Shown here piece after piece: positions 1 to 11,119 of a DNA stretch of 64,000 bases (position 1 is the stretch's first letter; the number at the start of each line of letters is the position of its first letter). The translations under genes were made by a program, and so were the position numbers. The notes below the pieces were generated by a model. It made no database searches and was not told the origin of the DNA. It saw nothing but the letters and a program-made list of their open reading frames with translations. This DNA comes from Chrysemys picta bellii (Eukaryota), in contig NC_088796.1 of the NCBI RefSeq assembly GCF_011386835.1, positions 51,212,001-51,276,000 of the forward strand, written 5' to 3'.

Positions 1-1130
1 CAGATCTCACACTAGCAAAAGCTACAGCAAACTGAAAATGCAAGAAATGATAAAGAATAGCAATGTGACTTACATACTAGCAGCACAGGGGAGAGTGCAT
101 CAAATAATATTGAAACAAAGAGAAATGTTTATTTGGAGAGGAGAAGATAAAATCTGTAGGATACATAGTAATCAAGGAGTTCAGCCAAATTCAAACAAAT
201 TGAAGACATTACTCACCTTACCCAAACCTAAAGATGTTTCTGGGCATGACAAATCATTTTGGGAAACTCTTACCAAATTTAGCTCATCTAACAAAACAGT
301 GAAGAGAGCTCCATAGCGGTCACAATACTTGGATCTGGGATAGTCCACAGCAAAATGTATTTAATACAATAGTTTATTGAATATTGTGTTTTGGTACAAT
401 ATTCAGTAAACTATTCAACAACAGTAGCAGTGGTAACATCTCCATATGGTTTAGGATCAGTGCTCACACAAATGCACTTGGAAGGAGACCAGAGTCCTGT
501 TACTTTGATATCAAAAATCCTCACAGAAACCAAGCAGCAATGTGCTCAAGTGAAAAAGGAAGCTCTAGCAGTCACTTGGTTCTGTGAACAGCTCAGTGCA
601 TATTTGTTTGGCTTGAATTTTAATATAGAAACAGACAACAAGCTCTTAGTGGGATTATTGGGTTCAAAACCACATGGTGACTTTCCACTTAGTATTCAAA
701 GATTTTGACTAGGGCTGATGCGATTTTCTTTTAACATTAAAGACACACCAGGGAAAGCATTCATAGTAGCAGGCACTCTATCCAGAGTCCCAGTTTAGCA
801 GCCACCAGTGGAAGAAGAAAAGGCTTTTAGAGAAATATGTCAAAGTACACTTTGACCTAGTTCTGGCAGCAATTCTAGCATCTGCCAGCTGACTTCAGCA
901 AATTAAAGATGAATAACTAAAAGATGACTCAATTCTGCCAAAGAGGGTGAAGTTGAAGAAGGCAGCTTCTAACAGACCTACTATCGTATTGGGAGGACCA
1001 AAATGACCTTCACGTGACTGATGGCCTTCTTCTGAAAGGACAGCACATTCTTATCCTATGGTACTTCAGAAAGAGGTGCTCTCCAAAATCCGTGAGGGGC
1101 ACCAAAGTATAAACAAGTGCAGTGCACAAG

Positions 1131-1286
1131 CAGAGCCGTAGCTAGGGCACTATAGCGCCTGGGGCAAGCAAGCATATTTGCACCCCACACTGTTTTTCCC
1201 CTTCATTTCTCCACCTCATTTTTCTGCTCCTGCAGTTTTGCGCCCTGGACAGCTGTCCCGCTCACCCTGCCCTGGTTACAGCCCTG
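1131..1286. mobile_element. hAT-type MITE inserted in the Gypsy integrase Zn-finger region
   Basis: Imperfect TIRs cagagccgtagctagg / cctggttacagccctg; 8-bp TSD tgcacaag / ggcacaag (7 of 8). Removing it rejoins ..KCSAQ|AQLSV*WP.. of the integrase. Confidence 0.85.
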
Positions 1287-2407
1287 GGCACAAGCACAAC
1301 TATCTGTATAGTGGCCCAGTCCAAGTAGGTAATTTCAGGTCTTAGTTGAGGGCTGCAAGATATGTAACAAGAAGGGGCGGGGGGGAAGATATTTGCCAGA
1401 ACTGTTACTCTCTGCAAAGCTTCCTGACTGACCTTGGCATTGGGTAACCACATATTTGTTTTTCTGGAAAGGGTACACATACATTACTGTAGTTGATTAC
1501 TTCTCCAGATATATTGACTTCACTATACTTACACCGACCACATTGGCACAAGTCATCCAGCAACTAGTTGATGTTTGCAAGATATGGAGTTTGTGAAGTT
1601 CTCATATCTGATAATGGGACTCTATTTACCTCTGAAACATTCTTAGCATTTGCACAGGACTTTGATTTTGACCATCAGACTAGTAGTCCACATTATCCCT
1701 AAAGCAACTGGGGTGAGAGGGGGAAGGAGAGCAATGCAGACTTTTAAAAGACTTCTGCAAAAATCATTGGACCCATATAAAGTACTCCTGACATAGTGCT
1801 CAACACCACTTGCATCTGGACTATCTCTAGCAGATCTTCTAATGGGAAGACAGTGAAGGATGCCTTTGTCTGTAGCATGGATACAACTTAAACTTAAATG
1901 GCCCAATGACAGAACTTTGAAAATGGAATGCTGAAATAAAAATCCAGCAGCAACAAAACTTCAATGTTCAGCGAAGAACAAAAGCACCACCTGAACTGAA
2001 ACCAGGGAACAATATTTGGCTTAGTAGCCTCCAGATATTTGGAACAATTCAGAACTTGGCTGAAACTAGTAAAGATTCTAAAAATACTTCTCTGGAGGAA
2101 TTGTGTTCATCTTCACTATTTCCCAACACAACAAAGAGAGGATCTGGGGTCTGCAAGCACTCTATCAGGAAATGAGTCCTCTCCACAAGGAACTCCACAC
2201 ACAAACTCAACAGAGATGAGAACATGGTCTGGAAGACTGATCAGATCTCCCTCACAGATTTGATCTTTAGAATACTGCTGAGGACTATTTTTAAATGCAA
2301 TTGATAAGGGGATATAGTAGTGTAAAGAGTTCTAAGGAATTTGAAGTTTATTTTGAATTGTTGTGTGTGTATACATTGGCTTATAATTTGTTTTAATCTT
2401 TTATTAT

Positions 2408-2581
2408 AAAGAAAAGGAGATGTGGAGTGGTTATAGAGTTCCTGGTCCTCCACAGTTACCAGTGAGGTCCAGGATGTGTTGCAGCAGGGAACTTAATAAA
2501 CATAGCAACTTTCCAGTTAGGAAGTTCTCTAGTTGCGGCTTAATTACATGCTGGCTCTTCAGTTTATGTCCTCACACTACA
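2408..2581 (+). repeat. Polypurine tract (2408-2420) and short ~161-bp 3' LTR (2421-2581) of the Gypsy element
   Basis: 13-nt purine run aaagaaaaggaga directly abuts TGtggagtg; segment ends cacactaCA (imperfect terminal inverted repeat); internal AATAAA at 2495-2500. Confidence 0.7.
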
Positions 2582-3990
2582 GCAGTCAGGGCAGGGGGAG
2601 CAGGGCGGGGCGGGGGGGCAGACAGGCTGAGGGGGGTGAGATGGAGAAAATGCAAGATGTAGGGAGAGAGTAGGGGCAGGCTCAGAAGGATGAAAGGGGC
2701 AAGCTGTGTGGGTGGGGTGACAGGAGAGAAGTGGGCAGGGACAGGCTACAGATGAGGTCTGGGTAGTGACAGGGTGTGAAGGGCAGAATGGGGCAGAGAA
2801 AGGTTGCAGTTGGGGATGGTGGGAGTGACAAAAACAGGCCTTAAGGGCTGATGCTAGGGACACAAAAGGTAGGTGATGATAGTGGTGAGGGTGATAAGGA
2901 AAGATTGTAACCATTAGATTACAGTCCCTTCCAGAACCTAGAATAGAACCAAGGATTCTTGAGTCTCAGTGTTCCTCTGCTTTCTAATATCTTTGAAATC
3001 AACTGGCAAGTATTTTTCTCATCTGCTCTAGAGCTGATCCACAAAGAGGATAACAGTCTGCTATTACCAGCAGTTACTCCCTTAGCTCAAGTGGTAGAAC
3101 TCTGTACTGATGAAGCATGTGGGGAGTTCAGTGTGGTTCTACAGTATGGAATTTCTGTTTTTGTTCGCTTTTTAAAAAAACCTAGGTAATTACATGCAAA
3201 AACTTCCCCCCCTACACCCACCCATGTTAGAAGATTAAGGGTCCAAAGTCAAGTACTCAAAAATCAGAAAATACCAGAGTTAAGGTGTCACAGGTGACCT
3301 TAATTTGGCCCTCTTATACATGTACATTATGATTAGGGCTCCATGTCTGTCACTTCTGCAGACTTCTGTAGTGACTTCTGCTGTGGCCAGTGTGGTTGAC
3401 CCCAGGGCCACATATGAAGTGGCATAAAAATGCTAAGTACTGTGAACAGTCAGGTCCCAGGTGTCTCAGAGTGGGCACCTAAAATTAGTGGACAATTTTG
3501 GCCTTAAACTCTCTGAGCCTCAGTTACTAAGCTATAAAATGGGGATAATTATACCTCCCTTCCGCACACACGTTTTGTGAAGATAAGTTCATGAATGTTT
3601 GTGAAGAACTCAAATATTATGGTGATGAATACCACCAAAAAGCCCATGAGGCAATAAATCAGTTGTATTCAGTGCATGGTTTGGGTGGTGTGCAATAATA
3701 TGGCATGGGCCACACACTGAAAGATGTGTATGGAAATAAATATTTAATATCTACCCATTCAGTGAGTACTGGCCACCCTGTGCACTAAATGAGGTAGGTG
3801 TCAGATGGAAAAAATAGTATGGGATCATCTAATTAAAGATCAGGTAACAGAATGTGATCACGTAAGTAATATGGTCATGTAATTATAATGCATATACATA
3901 TGAGGGCCAAATTTAGGATGCATAGGCAACCTTCATTCTGGCATTGCCAAACTTTTGAGTACTTGACTTTGCAACCTTTACTTTCTTTTA
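2582..3990 (+). mobile_element. Unclassified composite repeat, copy A (G-rich block, tRNA-like A box, ~100-bp inverted repeats)
   Basis: 2915-3340 aligns by eye with 22556-22900. Inverted repeats ~3235-3335 and ~3890-3985 (aaagtcaagtactcaaaa / ttttgagtacttgacttt). Confidence 0.6.
3502..3618 (+). mobile_element. CORE-SINE / MIR-like fragment
   Basis: Core motif ctctctgagcctcagtt...taaaatggggataat..., followed by ttttgtgaagat..atgaatgtttgtgaag. Confidence 0.65.
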
Positions 3991-4931
3991 CCATAATTTT
4001 GGGGGGAATAAAATTGTAAATAAATTAATGTTGATTCCTTATGATAGTACATACATATCATTTTTTTTACAGTAAATCACATTATACATTGTGTGGGCTT
4101 TTTAATAATCTATATCGTGGTGTAGAAATGGTCTGTTAATAAGATGTATATGATTGTAATCTTGAAGGGTAGGATCTCCAATTTGGGATACGTGTCATGC
4201 GAGGCCAGTTTTGAGGTCTTACATCCTGAGTGGTATCCCTTTAAATATTGCTTCATTTATTTGTGGAGTTCTTGTCCTTTTTCAAATAAAATCAAATGAA
4301 TATTTCAAAGAAAGCAAGAGAGACTGGGTTAGCTGAAACACATCGTGTCTTATGGATAATTAGGGAGGTTTAAAAAACCTGTGTACCTGGTGGACTGGAA
4401 ATGCAGAGGAGCTTTGGAATTATACAACCAGCATACAGTACAGTGCTTTATGCAGTAAATGTCCTATAAAAACTTATTTTAAAATGTATTGCGTGCTTGC
4501 AGTATAGTTTTAAAACTATAACATCTTGGCCACTTGTTATGATTCAATATTATAATAGACTAATAACTTGCACACTTTCAATTTTAAGCTACTAGCTATT
4601 GTGTTATAAGATTTCAAAATAATTGTCAAACTTGTAAATGTCTGTATAATGTATAGATTGTTTTGTTGAAAAAGCAGCAAAGTTCATACTAAGATCTTGT
4701 ATGGAAAATTTCAGCAGCCAGAAAATGTGGTTTATAATGGAAATGTGGATCCATATGGGCAATAATATCCGAGAATCACAGTTACTGTGGTCAGTAACCA
4801 TTTTTTTCTCCTTCAGCTGTTGTCAGTGTGAATCCTCACTCTTGGGACAATAGCAAACAGTTGTGATCCTCCAGGAGATGGGGTGATCTGAGAAGTATTG
4901 GGTAAGTGACTGTAAGATTATCATCCCAATC

Positions 4932-5141
4932 TAGGCCATGATTTTCAAAAATAGATGCCTACTATGCTTACTTATTCCTAAATAAGTGGTCTGATTTCCA
5001 AAATTACTGAGCACTCAGGAGATCCCATTGATACCAGTGGAACTTCTGATTGCCCAGCACATTTGAAAATCAGGCCACTTTGCCATTTAAATATGGATTT
5101 AGTACCCTAAATTTAAGTGTTCATTATTGAAAATCTTGGCC
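4932..5141. mobile_element. Old palindromic MITE-like element with nested inverted repeats
   Basis: Outer aggccatgattttcaaaa / ttgaaaatcttggccc; inner aagtggtctgatttccaaa / tttgaaaatcaggccactt. A related element lies at ~61100-61250. Confidence 0.55.
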
Positions 5142-6299
5142 CAGATCTAGAAGCCAAGTTGAGGAAACTATTGCTGCATTTCTGTGTGTCAAATAAAAGT
5201 AAAATGCAGCACAAGATCAAGTACAGATGTCCTAAATGATGCAGTAAGCATGGAATAAGTTTAAATGTCCCTCACCCAGAGTCTTTTTGCTCCACTTGTG
5301 TAGCAGCATCAGACTTCACCTGTGTTGGATACATTTTTGAGCTGTTATGTGATTAAGCCATTGTTTAAGACAATAGTTAAGCAGTTAAAGAACTATTGAC
5401 AAGTTTACAAGGCATTAGTTAAAAATATTTTTGGTCATATGACTCTGTCTTAACTTAGTTGGATTGTTTGGAGTTCCAAAGGTCACAGTATTGACTGCTC
5501 AAGTGTTAAAAAATAATGCATGTTTAGTTCTTTTTATTTGTCTTCTGGTGTTGGAATCTTTAGGATTCACATTTTCCACTTTTTCCCTCACAACCATGAG
5601 GGCTAGAGACTTACTTTTAATTTACATGAGAATCTCACGTTTTATTTTTAATCAGGACCTGAAGCTGTAAGAAAAATGCCAAATAATTGGTACCACTGAG
5701 GGGTATAATACACTAACTGTAAGCAAGGTAGCTATCACTTCACTAAAATAAATTTCCTTATTCTCTTGTGACTGTGCTGAAAAATTGTTTTTAAACATTA
5801 TAGTCTTATTAAATTATGTCGACATTCTTTTGTCTTGTGAATTTACATGCATATAATAGCAGGTAGAGTCCATGTGAATACAGAACTATGACAATTTTAC
5901 ATGTTTGGGGTTCACTAATGACTTAATAATTAGTAAGGCAGGTTCAGTAAAGCTCTGTGGCTCAGCCACATGCAAATCTTCCATTCACATGGGTAGCGAG
6001 ATGGCTTTTAAAGGTTTGCTGATTGTTCTGAAGAGTGCAATGTCTAAGTGACAATATGCACACCATATGTTGAGAGAGTCACAGAGGTGACTGTTCGGGC
6101 ATATGTTTTTTTGCTCATAAAAAGGTAATTAAATCTGTTCTGTGAGCTAGTGTTAAGGTAATTGGGGGAAGAAAAAAACCTATATATTAGTGTAGAGGAG
6201 TGGTTCCTCCCTTCCAGAGTCAGAGGGAGGCCACTCCACCTCGCAGCGCCACCTAGCCGCTGAGAGCCGATCAACAGGGGATTAGCACAGTAAGGCAGT

Positions 6300-7512
6300 A
6301 AAGTGAGAACAGGTGTTCTCATGGTACTTTTGTAATCGGCGTCGCAAGATATTTATGTGCCAGATGCGCCAAAGATTCATATGTCCCTTCATGCTTCAAC
6401 CACCATTCCAGAGGACATGCGTCCATGCTGATGATGATTTCTGCTCGATAACAGTCCAAACCAGTGTGGACTGACGCATGTTCATTTTCATTATCTGAGT
6501 CAGATGCCACCAGCAGAAGGTTGATTTTCTTTTTTGGTGGTTCGGGTTCTGTAGTTTCCGCATCGGAGTGTTGCTCTTTTAAGACTTCAGGAAGCATGCT
6601 CCACACCTCATCCCTCTCAGATTTTGGAAGGCACTTCAGATTCTTAAATCTTGGGTTGAATGCTGTAGCTATCTTTAGAAATCTCACATTGGTGCCTTCT
6701 TTGCGTTTTGTCAAATCTGCTGTGAAAGTGTTCTTAAAATGAACAACGTGCTGGGTCATCATCCGAGACTGCTATAACATGAAATACATGGTAGAATGTG
6801 GGTAAAACAGAGCAGGGAACATACAATTCTCCCTCAAGGAGTTCAGTCAGAAATTTAATTAACACATTATTTTTTAATGAGCATCATCAGCATGGAAGCA
6901 TGTCCTCTGGAATGGTGGCCGAAGCATGAAAAGGCATAGGAATGTTTAGCATATCTGGCATGTAAATACCATGCAATGCCGGCTACAAAAGTGCCATGCA
7001 AATGCTTGTTCTCACTTTCTGGTGACATTCTAAATAAGAAGAGGGCAGCATTATCTCCCTTAAATGTAAACAAATTTGTTTGTCTTAGCGATTGGCTGAA
7101 CAAGAAGTAGGACTGCGTGGACTTGTAGGCTCTGAAATTTTACATTGTTTTGTTTTTGAATGAAATTATGTAACAAAAAAATCTACATTTGTAAGTTGCA
7201 CTTTCACAACAAAGAGATTGCACTACAGTACTTGTATGAGGTGAATTGAAAAATACTTTTCCTTTTGTTTATCATTTTTGCAGTGCAAATATTTGTAAGC
7301 AAAAATAATATACACTTTTATTCGAATTACAACACGGAATACAATATATATGAAAATGTAGAAAAACATCCAAATATTTAATACATTTCAATTGGTATTC
7401 TATTATTTAACAGTGTGATTAAAACTGCGATTAATCGCAATTAATTTTTTTAATTGCAATAAATTTTTTTGAGTTAATCGCATGAGTTAACTGTGATTAA
7501 TCGACAGCCCTA
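6300..7512. mobile_element. Non-autonomous hAT transposon remnant with two inverted copies of the C-terminal dimerization-domain region; left end missing
   Basis: Minus strand reads FLKIATAFNPRFKNL...CPLEWWLKHEGTYESLAHLAHKYLATP. Plus strand 6880-7110 reads CPLEWWPKHE..LAYLACKYHAMPATKVPCKCLFSLSGDILNKKRAALSP.NVNKFVCL. Right terminus gattaatcgacagcccta ends at 7512. Confidence 0.85.
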
Positions 7513-9756
7513 TTTGTAATGGTTAGTTATTCAGTAAAATAAGTGCAAGGTCCTTCAGAAAGGATAACATTCTTTAAAGGCATAAATAATATACAATAAA
7601 AAAAAAACAAAAAAACCAACGTTTTCTTTGGCTGACCGAAGCACATTTAATAGCTGTACATGGAAGAAACTAATGCTACATGAGTAATGCAGCTAATTGC
7701 TCAAGGAAATCAAATCAAAATTGTGGGTCTAGCAAACTCTTAGTGTTTAACAATAATAATATAAAAAAATGATTTTTAAACCTGGAATTGAACTAGGTAA
7801 TAGTATGTAGCGGTATTTACAAAAAAAAGGGATGGGCAAGGAGGAATGAGTGCAATGAGGTGGAGGGGGGTGGAGCTGCCGCATAATGCAATCCGGTGAT
7901 TTTTTGCAAAGAAGCTAGTTGGAGACTAATTTTAGAGCAGCTGTAGGGGTGTTGTAAATTGCTCTGAAGGCCATTTCAGCTTCAGGATCAGGAGAGTGGA
8001 AAGGTGGCTGTTCCATCCCCTTTCTGGTCCTGCTCTGATCATAGATTGGGCCCTTGCAACTATCTTTTCTATCATCCTATGGTACATTAATTGTATAGTT
8101 GTAAATAGGTTCTGAGTTAAATAATACTTAAAAATATTTAAATAAAACTATGACTCCTGAACAGTAAATTGCAGCCTCCAGTAATCTGGAAGTCTTAATC
8201 AGAAACAGTGTTGAATTCAATAACATGTCAGCTTGATAGCAGGAAAAAACCTTCTTAAATACTATCCCTGTTGCACTGGTATATTTGATACAGGTTTTAC
8301 AAAATCCAAGTATTGTACAATAGAAGAGAGGAAAAAAGAAACACTTTCAGGCATTTCAAACAATGTTTTATTTTAGTTAAAAACAGGAAATAATCACATG
8401 GCTTTTAATGACAGTCAATAAACCAATTCATAATAATATAATAAAATGAGGGCCAGATTCTGCCACCCTTGCTCACATTGAGTAGTGCCTTACTCTGTGC
8501 CATACTGTAGGACCCTTATTCATATTTAGTAGTACATTACTCCATGAGTAGTCCAACTGAAATCAATAGAAATACTTATGGAATAAGGTACTCTACATAA
8601 GGGTGGCAGAAGCTGACCTTTAGTGAATAAGAAGTGACAAGTTTCAGTAAAGTTAGTGAAATAGCAAATAATCGTATAGTAAAAAATATAGATAAATGAA
8701 CCTCAAAAGAAAAAGGAACAAAGATAATCATCTCCCTCATGGTATTGGGCTTCAGACCAAATGCTAATGCCCCCACCCCATTTCCCGTCTCTCCTTGTGT
8801 GTACTATTTATAGTCAACATTTCTCTTGAGTATTTTTAGTCATGATAGATAAAAAGTAATCATATCCCTGGGTATTTGGAGGAATGCAGAAAGCCTCCAC
8901 AGCCCATCCCTTCAAAAATAGGTTAGGAAATAGTATTTATTAAAGGAACTAGAAATCAGTTCTGGAGGATTTGCAGCTTTTTAGGTTACAATAACATTTG
9001 AAATAAGAAATATCTACTATGTCTACTAGCAACCTCTGAAAAACTGTTTTGTAAAATTCTAGTCACCCACTTGTCCACAGCAAGTAACTTTTTGGATGGA
9101 TGAGTAAAATATCATTCTTTTTCATCATCATCAATAGCCATAGTAAAGGGTGGGTGACTAAATTTTTTGCCTATGTTGGTACATTTTAAGTTTTGCAAAG
9201 CTGCTTTATGGGTGAGATGATCAGAAAATGAGACAACAGGTTGCATACACATTTTTTTTATTTAATCCTGTAATGCTTATTATATGCCCCCCATCTCTGT
9301 GATATCTGAAGATGAGATTCTCACCCCTGCTCCAGAAAAAGGGGCCACAAAATCCATAGATCTGGCTGGGAGAGAATTCCCCCAGGAGTCATCTAAGTTA
9401 TGCCATGAGACACTACAGCCCCAAGAACAGCACCAAATCAGAAGCACACAAAGGTGGTTTATAGCCACTTTAGTCTGCTCTCTCCCCAAGGCTGTGAGTT
9501 CTGCGTTGTGTTTCAGCAGCACAGAATCTCAATCTGATTGCCTGCATATGCATGCAATTACTGTAATTTTGGGTGCAAAATACCCATTTATATGTGCTAA
9601 TACCCTACATACATGTGCAATTATGGTAACTGTGTATGCAAATGTAAACTAATATATACCTTTTGCATGGACTTCAGGCCTCACTTTCTGAAAATCTGAC
9701 TTCAAGTTTCTAATACTTTCAGAATAAATGAATTAGATCTCTCATTGATGTTTACA

Positions 9757-9923
9757 GTGTTGTTGTAGCCATGTTGGTCCCAGGACATTAGCGAAACAGG
9801 GTGGGTGAGGTAATATCTTTTATTCAGATCTGCAGAAGAGCTCTGTGTAGCTCCATAGCTTGTCTCTTTCACTAACAGAAGTACCTCCAATAAAAGGTAT
9901 TACCTCACCCACCTTGTCTCTCT
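9757..9923. mobile_element. Penelope-like element fragment forming an inverted-repeat hairpin
   Basis: Arms acagggtgggtgaggtaatatcttttatt (~9796-9824) and aataaaaggtattacctcacccaccttgt (~9889-9917) enclose a degenerate hammerhead-like motif (9826-9865). Confidence 0.7.
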
Positions 9924-10899
9924 GAAGTAGATTTAGGAATTCCTTCTTCTCATCTTTATATCACCAGACATCCTAAAAACAGATGTAACGGAATGGAGAG
10001 CCATTTATCTTTGCAATATGAGAACAGGTGGCTATAGTGAAAATTGTGGATCATGTAAGTACACCAGGAAGACCTAGCAAGACTTAGCAAGCACACAATT
10101 CACTGTTATGCTTCCGTATTCCAATTTTTTCTCCTCAGTGGTTGGCCGCTCTGAGCAATCTTATGCCAGCTTTCCTTTGTCCTAAGAGCCCTATCCAAGG
10201 CACATAGCCATGGAACCCCTTTCCTTGCAAAGACAGTCACTATGAAGTAGATTTATCCCACCCAATGAAGGTTCTATGGCCTTTATTTGTTTATTCTGGA
10301 CTTTATTAGCTATCTTCCTGCCTTTTGGGTTGTAGAAGCCAGAGTCACTTCAGAACAATTAAAACTCAACTTTATTTTAACCGGCATATTTCCTACAATG
10401 TGTATCCCATGACATTTTACACAACTAAACATTTGCCGAGATAAATAGTAGCAGAGGGAAAGAAACTAAGATATATGCAAGGGAGACTACTTTAGTTATC
10501 TTTTTGGCTGAGATTAAAAATTCAGTGAAGATTCAGTGAAGCCAAGAGTTACAGAAATGTTCTAAGGAACTGAAGAAGACTCTTTTCCCTCACAGCAGCA
10601 GTGGTTGTATCATGTGGAAGTCTAGATGATCAGTTAGACAACTGCTTGTACTGAGCACTGTACAGATATTTAGTAACTAGTAGCTGAAGGCAATGCTGTC
10701 ATACAGGTGTAATTCATAAAGTTGTGTGTGTAAAAAAAAAGCCCCAAATGGTTGAACTTAAAAACTGGATGGTAACAGACTGCGAATCCCAGTGATGATT
10801 GAAACTGGTAATATTCTTAACAAAAAATTGCTCTCAGGCATGCTTATAACTATTTCCATTGTTTCACACCAATTCAGCAGACTTTCTAGGATTCAGAGT

Positions 10900-11095
10900 G
10901 ATGTTTGTGGTTATTGTGTGTGCTGGTTGTATTGTTATGTGTGTTGTTGTGTTGCATTGATTTACTTGTGGGTTGTGTTGTTCTGGGAGAGTTGAGTGGA
11001 TGGCAAATGAGGGGTGTGTGCTGTGATCAGTAGTTGTGTATGTTTGGGAATATTTTGTCTGCTGGTCTGTTGTTATGTGGGTGGTTGGGAAGTAC
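10900..11095 (+). repeat. GT-rich low-complexity block, homologous to 23150-23390
   Basis: Shared string ggcaa(a/g)tgaggggtgtgtgctgtgat...tgtttggga(a/t)tatt in both blocks. Confidence 0.65.
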
Positions 11096-11119
11096 TCTGA
11101 CAGTTGGACTAAACAATCC

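Larger units (their letters stand above)
1..2581 (+). mobile_element. Decayed Ty3/Gypsy LTR retrotransposon, 3' part (RT end, RNase H, integrase, 3' LTR); runs off the left edge
   Basis: Frameshifted pol motifs in Gypsy order: QGVQPNSNKLK..PKPKDVS (RT), TSPYGLGSVLTQ and CAQVKKEALAVTWFCE..FNIETDNKLLVGLL (RNase H), EGHQSINKC..WP (integrase Zn finger, ~1090-1320), TYITVVDYFSRYI and SDNGTLF (integrase core, ~1480-1630). Many stops and frameshifts. Confidence 0.9.

Noticed and set aside
10790-10900. C/D-box snoRNA in the diverged direct repeat
   Set aside because: GTGATGA is present only in the first copy (AGATGA in the second), a suitably placed CTGA only in the second, and no terminal stem is shared.
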